64,000 bases of DNA, taken from the NCBI GenBank assembly GCA_034670305.1, contig JAXMNT010000018.1, positions 1 through 64,000 of the forward strand. Direction: 5' to 3'. The notes beneath the pieces are model-generated. The model had not been told where the DNA came from and did not search any database. It was given only the letters and a program-made list of their open reading frames with translations. This DNA is from Deltaproteobacteria bacterium. Lineage in GTDB: Bacteria; Myxococcota_A; Polyangia; Polyangiales; Houyiibacteriaceae. Shown here one piece after another: positions 28,522-40,100 of the stretch. A program made the translations under genes and the position numbers. The first letter of the stretch is position 1, and every line of letters begins with the position of its first letter.

Positions 28522-30020
28522 TCCGGTCCTTCGGACCGTACGACATCGTGGCGCGCATGGGCTCGGGCGGCATGGCCGACCTGTACCTCGGCACCATGGA
28601 AGGCGCGGCGGAGTTCCACCGCCCGGTCGTCATCAAGGTCATCAAGAAGCGGCTCGCGCAAGACGACGCACTCGTCCAGATGTTCCTCGACGAAGCGCGC
28701 CTGGCCGCGGCGATCCACCACCCGAACGTCATCCGCATCGTCGACCTCGGGGAGCTCGAGGGCAGCTTCTATCTGGTGATGGAGTACGTGCACGGCGCGT
28801 CTCTCTCCGACCTCCTCAAGAAACTCGCGTCCCTCGGCCGCCGACTTCGTCCAGGCGCGGCGGTGGCCCTCGTGGCCGACATCGCCGCGGGACTGCACGC
28901 GGCCCACGAAGCACGCAACGAGGAGGGCGAGAAGCTCGAGGTCATTCACCGCGACGTCAGTCCCCACAACGTGCTCGTCGGCGCGGACGGACTGGTCCGG
29001 GTGATCGACTTCGGGATCGCCAAGGCGCGGGACCGACTGCACGAGACGCAGGGTCTGCGGGTGAAGGGCAAGCTCCGCTACATGCCGCCGGAGCAGCTCA
29101 GTGGGGGCCAACTCGACCGCAGGGCCGATGTGTTCGCGCTCGGCATCCTGCTCTCGGAGGCGCTCTCGGGGCGCCGCATGTTCGGCACGATGGAAGACGC
29201 CGACGTCATCCGGCGGATCCAGAGCGGGAAGTTGCCGTCGCTCGGCAAAGACGTGGCGGTGCCCGACGAACTGCGGGCCACGCTGGTCTCGACGTTGTCC
29301 GCCGATCCCGAGGGGCGTCCGGCGACCGCGCACCGGTTCCGTTCCGCGATCCTCGACGCGGTGCCGGCGGCGTTCGAGTTCGACGAAGTGCAGCGGGCTG
29401 CGCTCCTGTTGGCCGTGCTCGGCGCCGAGCTCGACGACCGTTCGCAACGGCTCGCGGTGGCGGGTGCGAACACGCTCGACACCGGAGAGTTGTCTTCGTT
29501 GCCCGCGCAAGCGATCGAACGCTGGACCGAGGACCTTCCGCCCCACGTGCCAAGTCTCGAGCCGCCCCCGCCGCCGTCCGCGAAGCCGGTGTCGGTGGCG
29601 CCACCCCGTCGATCGATCCTTGGCATGAGCGTCCTCGCGGGCATGTTGGCCGTCGGCGTCGGCGTCGGCGCGTTCGTCTTCCTCACGGCGCGTTCGGACC
29701 GCGCCGAGAACGCGACCACGACGGCGGCGGTGGCGGAGCGGGCAGACGTCGGCGTCACACTGGATGCCGGAGCGGATGCCCAACCCGTCCGCGAGGATCC
29801 AGCCCACCTGGTGGGCGCGGTGGACGCGGAGTCCGACTCGACCGAACCGGAGACCACGATGGAAGTCGAGACCCCCACGATGCGTGACTCGATGCGCGGC
29901 ATGCACCGCACCATGACCGATCGAGGAACCGATCCGCCGGAGTCGACCATGTCGACCAGCATGGAGCCCTCCAACATGCAGACCCCGTCCGGCTTCCCCA
30001 CGTTCACCGAGCTCCCGTAA
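28518..30020 (+). CDS. Membrane Ser/Thr protein kinase
   Basis: GSGGMADLY, HRDVSPHN, DFG, GKLRYMPPE; TM and Met-rich tail. Confidence 0.95.
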   Translation: MIRSFGPYDIVARMGSGGMADLYLGTMEGAAEFHRPVVIKVIKKRLAQDDALVQMFLDEARLAAAIHHPNVIRIVDLGELEGSFYLVMEYVHGASLSDLLKKLASLGRRLRPGAAVALVADIAAGLHAAHEARNEEGEKLEVIHRDVSPHNVLVGADGLVRVIDFGIAKARDRLHETQGLRVKGKLRYMPPEQLSGGQLDRRADVFALGILLSEALSGRRMFGTMEDADVIRRIQSGKLPSLGKDVAVPDELRATLVSTLSADPEGRPATAHRFRSAILDAVPAAFEFDEVQRAALLLAVLGAELDDRSQRLAVAGANTLDTGELSSLPAQAIERWTEDLPPHVPSLEPPPPPSAKPVSVAPPRRSILGMSVLAGMLAVGVGVGAFVFLTARSDRAENATTTAAVAERADVGVTLDAGADAQPVREDPAHLVGAVDAESDSTEPETTMEVETPTMRDSMRGMHRTMTDRGTDPPESTMSTSMEPSNMQTPSGFPTFTELP

Positions 30021-30171
30021 CCGCATCCGACTCCGAAGGAGAGGATGCTGCGCCCGTGCCCGTGCCTGTGCCCGTGGTCTGTCCCGCGAAAGCCAATGAA
30101 CGCCGGATGCAGATCTGGCGCGGTGGCACGGATCGGCCCGGCCGCGCCCGCCAACTCCCGAACGATGTGGG

Positions 30172-30187
30172 CGGCACGGGGATTGCG
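30172..30187 (+). promoter_or_regulatory. Putative sigma54 -24/-12 promoter
   Basis: CGGCACGGGGATTGCG, exact GG-N10-GC spacing, ending 12 nt before ATG 30200. Confidence 0.5.
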
Positions 30188-30199
30188 TTCGCGCGGTGC

Positions 30200-31996
30200 A
30201 TGGCTTGCGTTCGCACCCTCTGCCTTCTGACTTTGCTGCTGGGTTGTTACCAGAGCCATCGGACGGAGCTGGCGGACGGCGGACCAACGGACGGCGGACC
30301 GACGGATGGCGCCCGTCCGGACGTGCCCGCCGCGGACGCGTCGGTGCCCGAACCCTGCCGCGAGGTCGCGGCGCTCGAACCGGTCCCGATCACCCACTCG
30401 CCGCCGAACGACTTCAACCTCGGCGCCATCGCCCGAAGCCCCACCGGCGGCGCCGGCGGTCCCGTGGTGGTCGCGTACACCAGCAGCAACGATGCCTCCG
30501 AGATGGATGTTCGGCGGTGGATCCGGCCGGTCGATCCGCGCACCGGCACCTCACTCGTCGACGAACGCATCGTGGCGTTTGGCGAACCGCGGGGGGCCGC
30601 GTACGCCGGTCTGGCGCGCGTCTACTACAGCGACACCGACCGCGAAGGCATCGCCTTCACGTACTCGGGCGGCGAAGGCTGCGTCCTGCGTCCGATCGAT
30701 GCGGCCGGGCAGCCGACCCGGCCCGAGACCCGCATCGCCGACGACGCCTGTCTGTCCGCGCGCGTCGGTCCAGACGGGAACTTCATCTTGTTCTTCCGGG
30801 GGCGCGACGACTCCGACTTCGCGTACTTCGCGTGGCTCGATGATCGAAACCGCATCGTCCGGCAGAGCGAGCCCTCCGAAGCGCTCGGCGCGTCCCGTGA
30901 CTACGACTGGACCGTGCGCGGCGGAGAGATCCACATCGCGCGCGGCGGGCCCGCCGGCCTCGAAGTGGGCCGGTGGGACGTGGAGCGCAACGCGTTCGTC
31001 GACGTCCGGGTGCATCCGGGCGTCGACGCGACCGCCCCCCGCATCGTCCTGGGGTTGCGGCCCGCCGTCGGGTGGCTCGAAGGCCCGTCGGGCGCGGTGC
31101 ACTTCGCCCTGCTCGACAGCGCGGCGTCCGCGTCAGTCGGCATCGACGCGTATGCGCGCGCGGGGTGGTCCGCGATGTGGCGCGGCGACGAACTCTGGCT
31201 CGCCACCGCCGAGGCGCGCGGAGACGATCACGCCGCGGCCCGGGTCGCGTTCTCCCGGCTGCACGCGGACTTCTCGGTGCGCGACCAGCAAGTGGTGGGC
31301 AACGGTTCGTTCCCACAACGCATCCGCATGGTCCGCACCGAAGCGGGCGCGATGATCGTCAACCAGGCGTTCCGCCGAGGCCTCGACGGCGGACACCAAA
31401 TCTTCACCACGCCGCTTCACTGTGCCGATGCGCCACTTCCACGAAGCTGCGAGGTCGCCCGCCTCGACCCCTGCGCGCCGGTCTGCGACGACACCGATGG
31501 GTTCGTCTTCACGATCGAGGGATGCGTGGAGAGCCATTGCAACTGCGTCGGTCCCGGCTGCGCCTTCGCACATCCGAGTCGTGCCGCCTGCGAAGCGGCG
31601 ACGAGCGACTGCGATCGGGCGCTCTGTCAGGCGTCGTCCGGGATCTGGGTCGCACCCAACGAGGTCTACTGCGACCACCCGCAGTGCGGCACCGATCCCG
31701 CCGACTGCCTCGCGCCCGCCGAAGCGGTCTGCCACTGCGGCACCCGCGCACGCTTCCGACCTGGCTTCGGCTGCGAACCGGCGTTCGACTGCCGCGGCAT
31801 CGACACCCGCGCAGATCTCTGCACCCACAGCGGGGGCCGCTGGGGTGGCGCCATGTGTTGTCCGACTATGTGCGGGGAGCACTGTGGAGACGCCTGCACC
31901 ACGCCCGAGTGCGCGTGCCCATCGTCGATGATCTGGACCGAGTTCGCCGGCTGCATCCCGTCGCCGATGTGTCCCGAACTCGTGCTCTGCCCCTGA
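30200..31996 (+). CDS. Lipoprotein with beta-rich middle and Cys-rich C-terminus
   Basis: LLLGC lipobox, DGG linker, many Cys in the last ~190 aa. Confidence 0.75.
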   Translation: MACVRTLCLLTLLLGCYQSHRTELADGGPTDGGPTDGARPDVPAADASVPEPCREVAALEPVPITHSPPNDFNLGAIARSPTGGAGGPVVVAYTSSNDASEMDVRRWIRPVDPRTGTSLVDERIVAFGEPRGAAYAGLARVYYSDTDREGIAFTYSGGEGCVLRPIDAAGQPTRPETRIADDACLSARVGPDGNFILFFRGRDDSDFAYFAWLDDRNRIVRQSEPSEALGASRDYDWTVRGGEIHIARGGPAGLEVGRWDVERNAFVDVRVHPGVDATAPRIVLGLRPAVGWLEGPSGAVHFALLDSAASASVGIDAYARAGWSAMWRGDELWLATAEARGDDHAAARVAFSRLHADFSVRDQQVVGNGSFPQRIRMVRTEAGAMIVNQAFRRGLDGGHQIFTTPLHCADAPLPRSCEVARLDPCAPVCDDTDGFVFTIEGCVESHCNCVGPGCAFAHPSRAACEAATSDCDRALCQASSGIWVAPNEVYCDHPQCGTDPADCLAPAEAVCHCGTRARFRPGFGCEPAFDCRGIDTRADLCTHSGGRWGGAMCCPTMCGEHCGDACTTPECACPSSMIWTEFAGCIPSPMCPELVLCP

Positions 31997-32282
31997 GTGG
32001 CTTTGCTCCCGCCAAAGCGTGCGGTACCCGCCCTCGCCCCGACGTGCGACGCGAAGACGGCTTGAGCGCGAACGGAAAGGTCGGGCCTTCACCTCAGAAC
32101 GGGCTCGGTCCGTCGCGGCGTTTACAAGAGCGCTGCGAGCCCGGGCAGCTCGTACGCACGGCGGCCAGAGGCGCGCCGTTCGTAACGATGCGTCGCTGAC
32201 GAGTCGTCGGGCGTCGGAAGAACCTGGTACACCATCGCGGGCGCACGACGAAAGCCTTCCGGCAACGAACGTGGCGTCGTCA

Positions 32283-32352
32283 GGAACCGAACGGGAACCC
32301 GTAGGGAAACAAACGGGACCCACTGGGAACTAAAAAGCAACCGGGGTGTCGG
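32283..32352 (+). promoter_or_regulatory. Phased GGAAC-like repeats and ECF-sigma-like promoter
   Basis: GGAAC-like motifs at 32283, 32294, 32305, 32316 and 32326; GGAACT-N16-GTC. Confidence 0.4.
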
Positions 32353-32360
32353 GAATGGCG

Positions 32361-35300
32361 ATGCAGCGGCTACGCAACGCGAGGGTGGGTCGAGTGGGCA
32401 GAGTGCAAGGGTGGATGTTCTGCGCGATCGTGGTCCTGGGGGCCGCGCCCGCGATGGCGCAGGTCGATGACGACGGCGAGCGGACAAGCGGCATCGAGGT
32501 GGCCGTGCACGGTGGCAACACCGCGCTGCGTGGACGCCCGTTCGGGGTTCGAGGGCGCGCGTTTCGCGTGCAAGGGCTCTCGACCCTGGCGGCGTATTCG
32601 GGTGCTTCGGTGCGGGGACGCGTGGTCGCGGTCGTGCGGGGCGACGAAGGCACGGAACGGCGGATCGAAGGCGCCTGGGGCCAGACGCGCGCGAACGCCA
32701 ACGGCGACTTCGACGTCTCCTTCGAGCTGCCGACCGACGCGCCCGCCAGCGCCACCTTCGAGATCGAAGTCGGCGGCGAAGACGGACGCACGTTCGACTT
32801 TCCGCTCTCCATCCAGTGGTCGGAGCACGTGGAGATCCGGACCGACCGACGCTTCTACCAATCTGGCGAGACCGTGCACGTCTGGGCCCTCGTGCGGGAT
32901 GCCCGCAGCGGCGCGCCGATCGCCAACCGACCGGTCACGTTCGCCCGCGTCGAAGAGATCGCGGCGCGCACCAACGACGCGGGCGTCGCGAGCATCGACA
33001 TCGAGCTCGGCGCGTCTCCGGCGATCGGATCCCATTCGGTCTCGGTGACGGTCGGGGGCACGCTTGGACACGTTCGGGCGAACGCCAACTATCAGATCGG
33101 GGTCCGCACCACCGAGCGGTTGATGGCGACGCTCGAGTGGGACGAACGACAAGTTGCGCCGGGCGAACCGTTTGCGCCGCGCGTCACCGCCACCGATCCC
33201 AGCGGCGCACCTGTCCGCGACGCATCCGTCTCGCTCACCGTGCAGGGACGCGACGCGTTGCAGGCCCGGACCAACCGCGACGGCGTGGCGGTCTTCTCGG
33301 CCCGTGCGCCGGCGTTTCTGGTCAACGAGAGCGGCCTCGTGTCCGTCTCCGCCGTGGTCACCCACAGCGCACACGGTCAAGCGCGGGCGAGCCGGAACCT
33401 GCTCCTCGCGGTCCCTCTCGCGCTCCACGTCGAAGCTTCCGCACGCACCGGATCGGCGATGTTGGAGGTCCCCTCCGACGTCTACATCACCGTGCTCGAT
33501 GCCGCAGGCGATCCACCGCCGGTGGGCACCGAAGTCGTGGTCCGAGGGGCCGGCATCGCGCGTCCCACCACCTTGCGTACCGACAGCCACGGCATTGTCT
33601 CGGTGACGCTGCGGTTGCGGTCGGGCGAGGTCGCGGAGCTTCCAGCGTGCACCGGTACGGCGACGATGCTGGACGTCGAGGTGCTCGGCACCCGTGCGCG
33701 CCGTGGCCGGGTCTGTGTGCCTGTCGATCCCCATGCGCTGGTGATGCCGCTCGCCGATGCGCCGGTCGCATCGCCCGGAGACCGGGTCCGGGTGCGGGTG
33801 GAACGGCGCGCGGCGGCGCGGCGCGAAGTCGTGGCGCTCACCATGTGGGTCGGGCGTCAGCCCATGGCGACCGAGTACCTCGCACCGAACACGCGGGAGG
33901 CTTCCTTCGAGGTCCCTGCGACCGGCGGCTTGTTGCGTTTCGAAGCGATGCCGATCTTCGACGCCCGCACCGCCGAGGTGTTCGCTGGCAGTCCCCACAG
34001 CGACGCGCTCCTGGTGCGGCCGCGGGTGCCCTCGTTCGTGGAGATCACCCCAGAGCAAGACTTCTACCCGGTCGAGGGAGAAGCGATCCTCCGCGTGAAG
34101 ACCGAGCCAGGGCAGGGCGGCTGGTTGGCGCTCGACGTCCGCGACATCACCCAGCACGGCGGCGAGGTGCCGTTCGCGATGCACTTCCTGAGTTCGGCGT
34201 TCAGCCGCGCGATGCTGGACCCGGCGACCGAAGACGCGGAGACGTTCCTGCGTGCCGCGCTCGGTGCGCACATCGACGCGGCGGATCCCGTGGACCTGGT
34301 GGGCCCACTCCTGGGACCGTTCGGGCGGCGGAACGACCCCCCCGACGACCACCACGCCGGCTACCAACTGCGCGATCCCGTGCGCGAGGCCCGCATCCTC
34401 GAGCGCTGGGGGGTGGCCGACATCTACCGGTCGATCGAAGGCGCCTTGAAGGACGCCCAAGATCCGACGGAGATCACCCGTGGCAACGGGACCGGACGCC
34501 GGTTCACGGAGTCGCTTCCCTTCGAGTTGAACGAAGCGCGCAGCCTCGGTGAAGTCCCGATGACGGTCTCCATGCTGACCCGCGCCGACCCTTCGTTCAC
34601 GTTCGAGAACGTGGCCCGGCGGATCGCTCGAGTCCGGTTGCTCAAAGCGCTGATGGCGCTCGCCCAAGCGCTCGGCTCCGACGAAGAAGAACCGACGCCG
34701 CTCGCGGCGCAGCCGTCGAGTCGCTGGGTGTCGCAGCTCATCCGCTCCGGCGCGCTGTCGGCGGAACTCATCCGCGATCCGTGGGGCGGCTCCATCGGAC
34801 TGCGCACCCGGCCGAACGATGTGCCGCCGCTCGCACCCGGCGCACCGGACAAGACGCTTGCGTACCCGGGGCCCGACGGTCGGCTCGGGACCGCGGACGA
34901 CATCGTCGATCCATTCGCGCGTGTGGTGCCGACGGGCACCCCATACGCGGTGGCTTCGGGCGAAGACGACTGGATGCGCGCGGTGGCCCGATTGGCGCCA
35001 GGGGTGCAGGCGCTGCAGGCGATGTTGGCGGCCTACGAACGCATCACCGCAGACATGCAAGACGCGCTCATCGCCAGCGCGCTCTTGGCTGGCGCCACCG
35101 AAGGCTACGGCGATGGCGAAGGCACCATCGGGCTCGGCAACATCGGCACCATCGGCCACGGTGGCGGCGGTGGTTCGGGCAGCGGCTACGGACGCGGCTC
35201 GGGCGGACTTCGGGGCCGTTCGGCCCGCACGCCGAGCATCCGCACCGGCCACGCCAACGTCAGTGGGGCGCCGAGTCTGATGAGCGGTCTGATCCGCGAA

Positions 35301-37190
35301 GACATGCCCGCGACCCTCTTCTTCTTGCCCTCCCGCGCGGTGGACCCAAGCGGCACCACCCTGATCTCGGTGCCGCTCGCGCAAGCCGCGACCACCTACA
35401 TCGTCGAAGTCATTCATTGGCGACCGGACGGCTGGGTCTGGAGCGATCACACCCGGGTGCGCGTGGACCAGGAGCTGGTCGTCGATGGTCCCGTGCCGCG
35501 CTACGCGATGGTCGGCGACGAGCTGCACCTCTCGTTGCGGGCGAACAACCGCGGCACCCAGCCCCGCACGGTGCAGCTCTCGGTGCATCCGGAAGGGGAC
35601 CTCGGCATGTCGGTCGTCGCGGCCGAGCCGGTCGTGGTGCCGCCCGGTGATTCGGTCTCCCGTTCGGTCGTCCTCGAAGCCACTCAGGTCGGTGCCGGCA
35701 AGCTCGTCGTGCAGGGCACGTCGGGCGACCTCGAAGACGGGACACGCCGTTCGCTCGACGTGTTGCCCGCTGCGCGTCGCTCCACCGCGTCCACCGAAGC
35801 CATGGTGACCGGCACCGGCCGCACCACCCTCGCGGTTCCCGCCCATGCAGTGCCTCGCGGAGGCGGCCGGGTGGTCGTCACGAGCGGCCGCCGGCTCTTC
35901 CCCGCCCGAGGCGCCTACGACGGTTGGGTACAGCGGGTTCGCGGCGAGACACCCAGCGATGAACAACTGCGCGTCGCCCTCGAGACGATCGACAACGGCT
36001 ACAACCAGCCGGTTCAGCTGGCTGCGGCGATGACGGTGGCGGGCGACCGCATCAGCCCGGCCGCGCTTCGCCGTTCGGTGATCCGCCTGACCTCCGAGAT
36101 CGGTTCCGCGGAAGCATCCCAGCCGGTGGAGCAAGCGGCGACCTTGTTCATGTTCCTCTCGCCGTTGCGCGCATCGGCCGAGGAGAACTCGCCGCTCGCG
36201 CGTCTGCTCACCTCGCTCGAGCGGGTCTTCTTGGAGGGCGCCACCGCACGCTCCGACGACCCAAGCATCCAGGTGGCGGCCGCCGCGGCGTTTGTCTTCG
36301 CAGGAGACAACGAACGGGCGGAAGAACACGCGCGGCGGGCGCGACGTTCACTGATCCAGTTCGGGGACGAAGCGTGGGTGCAGGCGCGCTCGTTCACCAC
36401 GGGTTCCCAGAACATTCAGAGCTCGGCCCTGATGGCGCTGGTGGAGCTCAAACTCGGCCACCGCGAGGCTGGTTTCCGACTGCTGCAGACGCTCACCAAG
36501 CGCACTGCGCTCTCGCTGCGCACTGGCGCCCGCCCCGAAGGCCTCAACAGCCTCGCGAGCGCGTTCGCGCACGCAGCAGCCAGTCTGGTCAGCCGCGAAG
36601 CCACACAAGCCCGCGTTACGGTGGACGGTGAGGTCGTCGTGGTCTCGCTCGAGGGCGGCCGGGGAGAAGCCGCGATCGAATCGCTCGACCGCCCTGGAGA
36701 CCACGTGCTCGAGATCGCCGGCGACACGCCCGAGGTGCTGCATGTGTTCGCCGAGAGCGAGTTCGCCATTCCTTGGGACGTGCCCGGCGCCGAACGACCA
36801 CCGCTGCGGATCGAGTTCGCAGACCGCGAGCCGGGTGTACTTCACGTGGATGGCACCACCACCCACACCCTCGTCGTTCGCAACCTGCGGCCGCGCACCA
36901 TGTCGCGGGCATCGGTCGAAGTGCAGTTGCCCACCGGCGTGGAGCTCGACGAACAAGCCATGAACATCCTGACGCACCGCCTGCGCGCCCGTCCCGTGCG
37001 GGAGCGCAACACGTTGATGCTGAACCTGAGACCGCTGTTGCCAGGGCGCACCGTGCGGCTGGCGATCCGGGTGCGCTGGACCCTCGCCGGTCGCTTCTCC
37101 GGGTTCGGGATCGCCGCGCGATCGGACGATCGACCCGACCTCGAGACCGTGCTGGCCCCGGAACGTTTCTCGGTGGGAGCCGGACAATGA
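32361..37190 (+). CDS. Alpha-2-macroglobulin-like protein 1 (no thioester)
   Basis: Signal peptide, TDRRFYQSGETVHV (MG2), IREDMPATLFF, PRYAMVGDE, VEVQLPTG. Confidence 0.8.
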   Translation: MQRLRNARVGRVGRVQGWMFCAIVVLGAAPAMAQVDDDGERTSGIEVAVHGGNTALRGRPFGVRGRAFRVQGLSTLAAYSGASVRGRVVAVVRGDEGTERRIEGAWGQTRANANGDFDVSFELPTDAPASATFEIEVGGEDGRTFDFPLSIQWSEHVEIRTDRRFYQSGETVHVWALVRDARSGAPIANRPVTFARVEEIAARTNDAGVASIDIELGASPAIGSHSVSVTVGGTLGHVRANANYQIGVRTTERLMATLEWDERQVAPGEPFAPRVTATDPSGAPVRDASVSLTVQGRDALQARTNRDGVAVFSARAPAFLVNESGLVSVSAVVTHSAHGQARASRNLLLAVPLALHVEASARTGSAMLEVPSDVYITVLDAAGDPPPVGTEVVVRGAGIARPTTLRTDSHGIVSVTLRLRSGEVAELPACTGTATMLDVEVLGTRARRGRVCVPVDPHALVMPLADAPVASPGDRVRVRVERRAAARREVVALTMWVGRQPMATEYLAPNTREASFEVPATGGLLRFEAMPIFDARTAEVFAGSPHSDALLVRPRVPSFVEITPEQDFYPVEGEAILRVKTEPGQGGWLALDVRDITQHGGEVPFAMHFLSSAFSRAMLDPATEDAETFLRAALGAHIDAADPVDLVGPLLGPFGRRNDPPDDHHAGYQLRDPVREARILERWGVADIYRSIEGALKDAQDPTEITRGNGTGRRFTESLPFELNEARSLGEVPMTVSMLTRADPSFTFENVARRIARVRLLKALMALAQALGSDEEEPTPLAAQPSSRWVSQLIRSGALSAELIRDPWGGSIGLRTRPNDVPPLAPGAPDKTLAYPGPDGRLGTADDIVDPFARVVPTGTPYAVASGEDDWMRAVARLAPGVQALQAMLAAYERITADMQDALIASALLAGATEGYGDGEGTIGLGNIGTIGHGGGGGSGSGYGRGSGGLRGRSARTPSIRTGHANVSGAPSLMSGLIREDMPATLFFLPSRAVDPSGTTLISVPLAQAATTYIVEVIHWRPDGWVWSDHTRVRVDQELVVDGPVPRYAMVGDELHLSLRANNRGTQPRTVQLSVHPEGDLGMSVVAAEPVVVPPGDSVSRSVVLEATQVGAGKLVVQGTSGDLEDGTRRSLDVLPAARRSTASTEAMVTGTGRTTLAVPAHAVPRGGGRVVVTSGRRLFPARGAYDGWVQRVRGETPSDEQLRVALETIDNGYNQPVQLAAAMTVAGDRISPAALRRSVIRLTSEIGSAEASQPVEQAATLFMFLSPLRASAEENSPLARLLTSLERVFLEGATARSDDPSIQVAAAAAFVFAGDNERAEEHARRARRSLIQFGDEAWVQARSFTTGSQNIQSSALMALVELKLGHREAGFRLLQTLTKRTALSLRTGARPEGLNSLASAFAHAAASLVSREATQARVTVDGEVVVVSLEGGRGEAAIESLDRPGDHVLEIAGDTPEVLHVFAESEFAIPWDVPGAERPPLRIEFADREPGVLHVDGTTTHTLVVRNLRPRTMSRASVEVQLPTGVELDEQAMNILTHRLRARPVRERNTLMLNLRPLLPGRTVRLAIRVRWTLAGRFSGFGIAARSDDRPDLETVLAPERFSVGAGQ

Positions 37191-40100
37191 ACAACGAACG
37201 AACGCAGCGGCTCTTCCTCTTGCTCCTGTGCAGCGCCATGGTCTGCCTGCACGGCGAAGCCTCCGCGCAGGGCTTCACGCGGCGCGCGCTCCCGGGCGGT
37301 GCGATCACCGGTTTGGAACTGACCCTCGAGGGTCCGCAGGCCGTTGAAGCGGGCCAGCGCGCGCGCTGGTTCGTGGCGCTCCACGAGGTGGTGCGGGATC
37401 AGGCGTACCGCCCGGCGTCCGGTGCGAACATCCAGGTGCTCGCTTCCTACCAACACGGCGAGCCGGTGGCGGACATCACCACCGATGCCAACGGTCGCGC
37501 CGTGATCGAGTTCGTCGTGCCCGTCGACGTGCACAACCACTTTCAGCTGCACATCGACGCGCGATCTGCGGCGCGCGGCATGCGGCGCCGCTTCGAGCTG
37601 CCCGTCTCCATCCGTTCCTCGTACACGATGACGTTGAACTCGCCGGTCGCGCAGGTTCAGCCCTTCGAACGTTTCGTCGTGCACGGGCTGTTGCGCGGCC
37701 CGCGCGGGCGACTCATCGGCGACCAGGACGTCATCGTTCAGACCCAGGTCAACGGCCGCACCCACGCGCCCCCGCAGACAGTGCGCACCCACGAGGGGGC
37801 GTTCGTCGCGACCATTCGCGCACCACGCGCCGATGACATCCGCGTGACCGCGCAGGCGCGCATGACGGTGCCGCCCGCACGCGCAGGCGAACCCGCCGGA
37901 ACCGCGACCGTCTCCGCCTCCCTTGGGCTTCGAGTGCAGCGTGTCTCGCTCCCCCGCGTCGCGGTGCAGGTGCAACCCGCCCGTGCCGTCGTCCGGCCGG
38001 GTGAGATCGTGGATGTCGCGGTCGCTGTGTTCGACAACCTGGGCAACCCGCTCGATGGCGCCCGCGTCGGTGGGGTGCGGTTCCCGTCCGATGTGCCCGA
38101 GGACGAACGCTTCGCGTTGACGGACACCCGAGGCCGCGCCGTGCTGCGCTGGCAGATCCCGCGCGACGGCAGCAGCAGCCGTACCCTCCAGACCACCATC
38201 ACCGCCACCGCACCCGGCATCGGGAATGGCCAAGCAGCAGCGTCGGTGCGGGTGGCTGGATCGTCGGTCGTGATGCGTGCAGCCCCTGAAGGCGGTGCGC
38301 TCATCCCCGGCGTCGTCTCCCGTCTGTTCGTACGTCTGGTGTCTCCCGATGGCACGCCTTCGGTGGGCACCGACGTGGAAGTCGAAGCGCCACGGCTCGG
38401 CCGCTGGGCCGGAACCACGGACGCAGCGGGCGTGGCCATGCTCGAAGGCACCCTACGGGCTGAAGGGCGCGACGCACCCGACGCCTGTGGCGGGGCGACC
38501 GCGCTCGCGATCGAAGTCCGAGCGCTCGGGCAAACCCGCGAGCAGTGCGTGGCCGTCGACCCCGACTCACTCGTCCGGGTGCGGGCGGTCGCTGAGAGCG
38601 CGGCGGCCGAGTCGCGCGGCATCGACGTGGCCATCGCGGTGGCCCCAGAAGCGCGCGCGCTCCCGCTCCGCATGACGCTGCTCCGTGCTGAACAGCTCTC
38701 CTCGGCGACCCACTGGATACCGGTCGAGGACACCATCCTGCCCGCCGTCGGGCGCGGTGGAGAGGTTCGAACGCGGGTCGCGGATCCAAGCCCTCCGGGT
38801 TCACGCACCCCGCTGCTGGTACGCGTGCGTCCGCTCGTGGGCGAAGGACGCGCCGAAGTCCGCGGTGGCGTGGCCCGAGTCGTTCCCCCCGCGGTGACTG
38901 CTTCCTCGCGCCTCGAACTCGATGGCTCCCGCGCCCGGGTGGCCGGTGCGCTGCGTGGCTTCGTGGTGGCCGCCGATGAGTCGTCGGCGAGCGCGCTTCG
39001 AGAGCGCCTGCCCCGCCTGGAGCAGCCGAGCGAGCCGCTGCGTCTCGCTCGACTCGCGAACGAGACCCCGCGCGATCTCAGCGCCCCCTACATCTTGCGC
39101 GGCCGTGCGTTGAGCCCGGTCCCTTCGGTGGACGACCCCACCCAGTTCGGTTTGCTGCGCGATCCGTGGCGTCAGATGGCGCTTTACCAGAGCGGACGGC
39201 TGGCGCTGGTGCTCCGGGCGATCGAAGCCCACGTGATGCAACTGAGTGCGGAGGGCACCATCGAGACCGTCGCCGAACGCACCGGTCGCGGGTACCGGTT
39301 CCACCGCGCACTGATCGATCTCATCGGCTCCGAAGAGTTCGGCCCAGAGGGTGCCCGCGATCTCGGTGGTTTGCCGCTGACCGTCGCGCACCTCGAGGCA
39401 ATGGACCCTGCCTTCACGTTCGACCGGATGGCGCGGCGCATCACCCGGCAGCGGCTCTTGCAGGTGCTCGTGTCGCTGCGCGACTGGGTGCACACGAACA
39501 ACCACGACCTCGACTTCGCGCGGGTCGGAAGCCCGGGCGAGTGGCTCGGCATCATGCTCGAGGACGGGGAGCTCCAGGAGCAACAACTGCGGGACGGATG
39601 GGGTCGGCCCATGGTGTTGCGCGAGGTGCGTGGTCGGGCCCGCTTCGATCTGCTGCAACCGGTGCGGGGGTGGGAGCTGGTCTCCGCTGGGCCCGATGGT
39701 CGCATGGGCAACGCGGACGACGTCGTTGACCCGACCGCGCGAGTCCTGCCGAGCGGCAGCATGTACGGGCGCGCCATGGACGAGGATGGCTTGCTCGCGA
39801 GGCTCAACGGCGTCGCCTTGGGACGGGCGACGTTGGCAGCGCTCTCCGACGCGGTCGACATGGAGGACACCTTCGGTTCGGCGCCCGCCGAAGCGGTGCT
39901 GGCGTCGTTCGAAGACGTTCCGACGCCGTTGCCCGAGCCCACGCCGCTTCGGGCCCCGAACGTCTTGCGTGGCGACGGGTTCGCGCTCGAAGGCGGGCCG
40001 GGCACGTTCTCGCTCTCGCCGCGTCCGGGCACCTACCGGGTGTTCGGCGCGGGCTACGAACAGGGGCGGCTCGTCGTGCACGAGGCACCGCTTACGTGGG

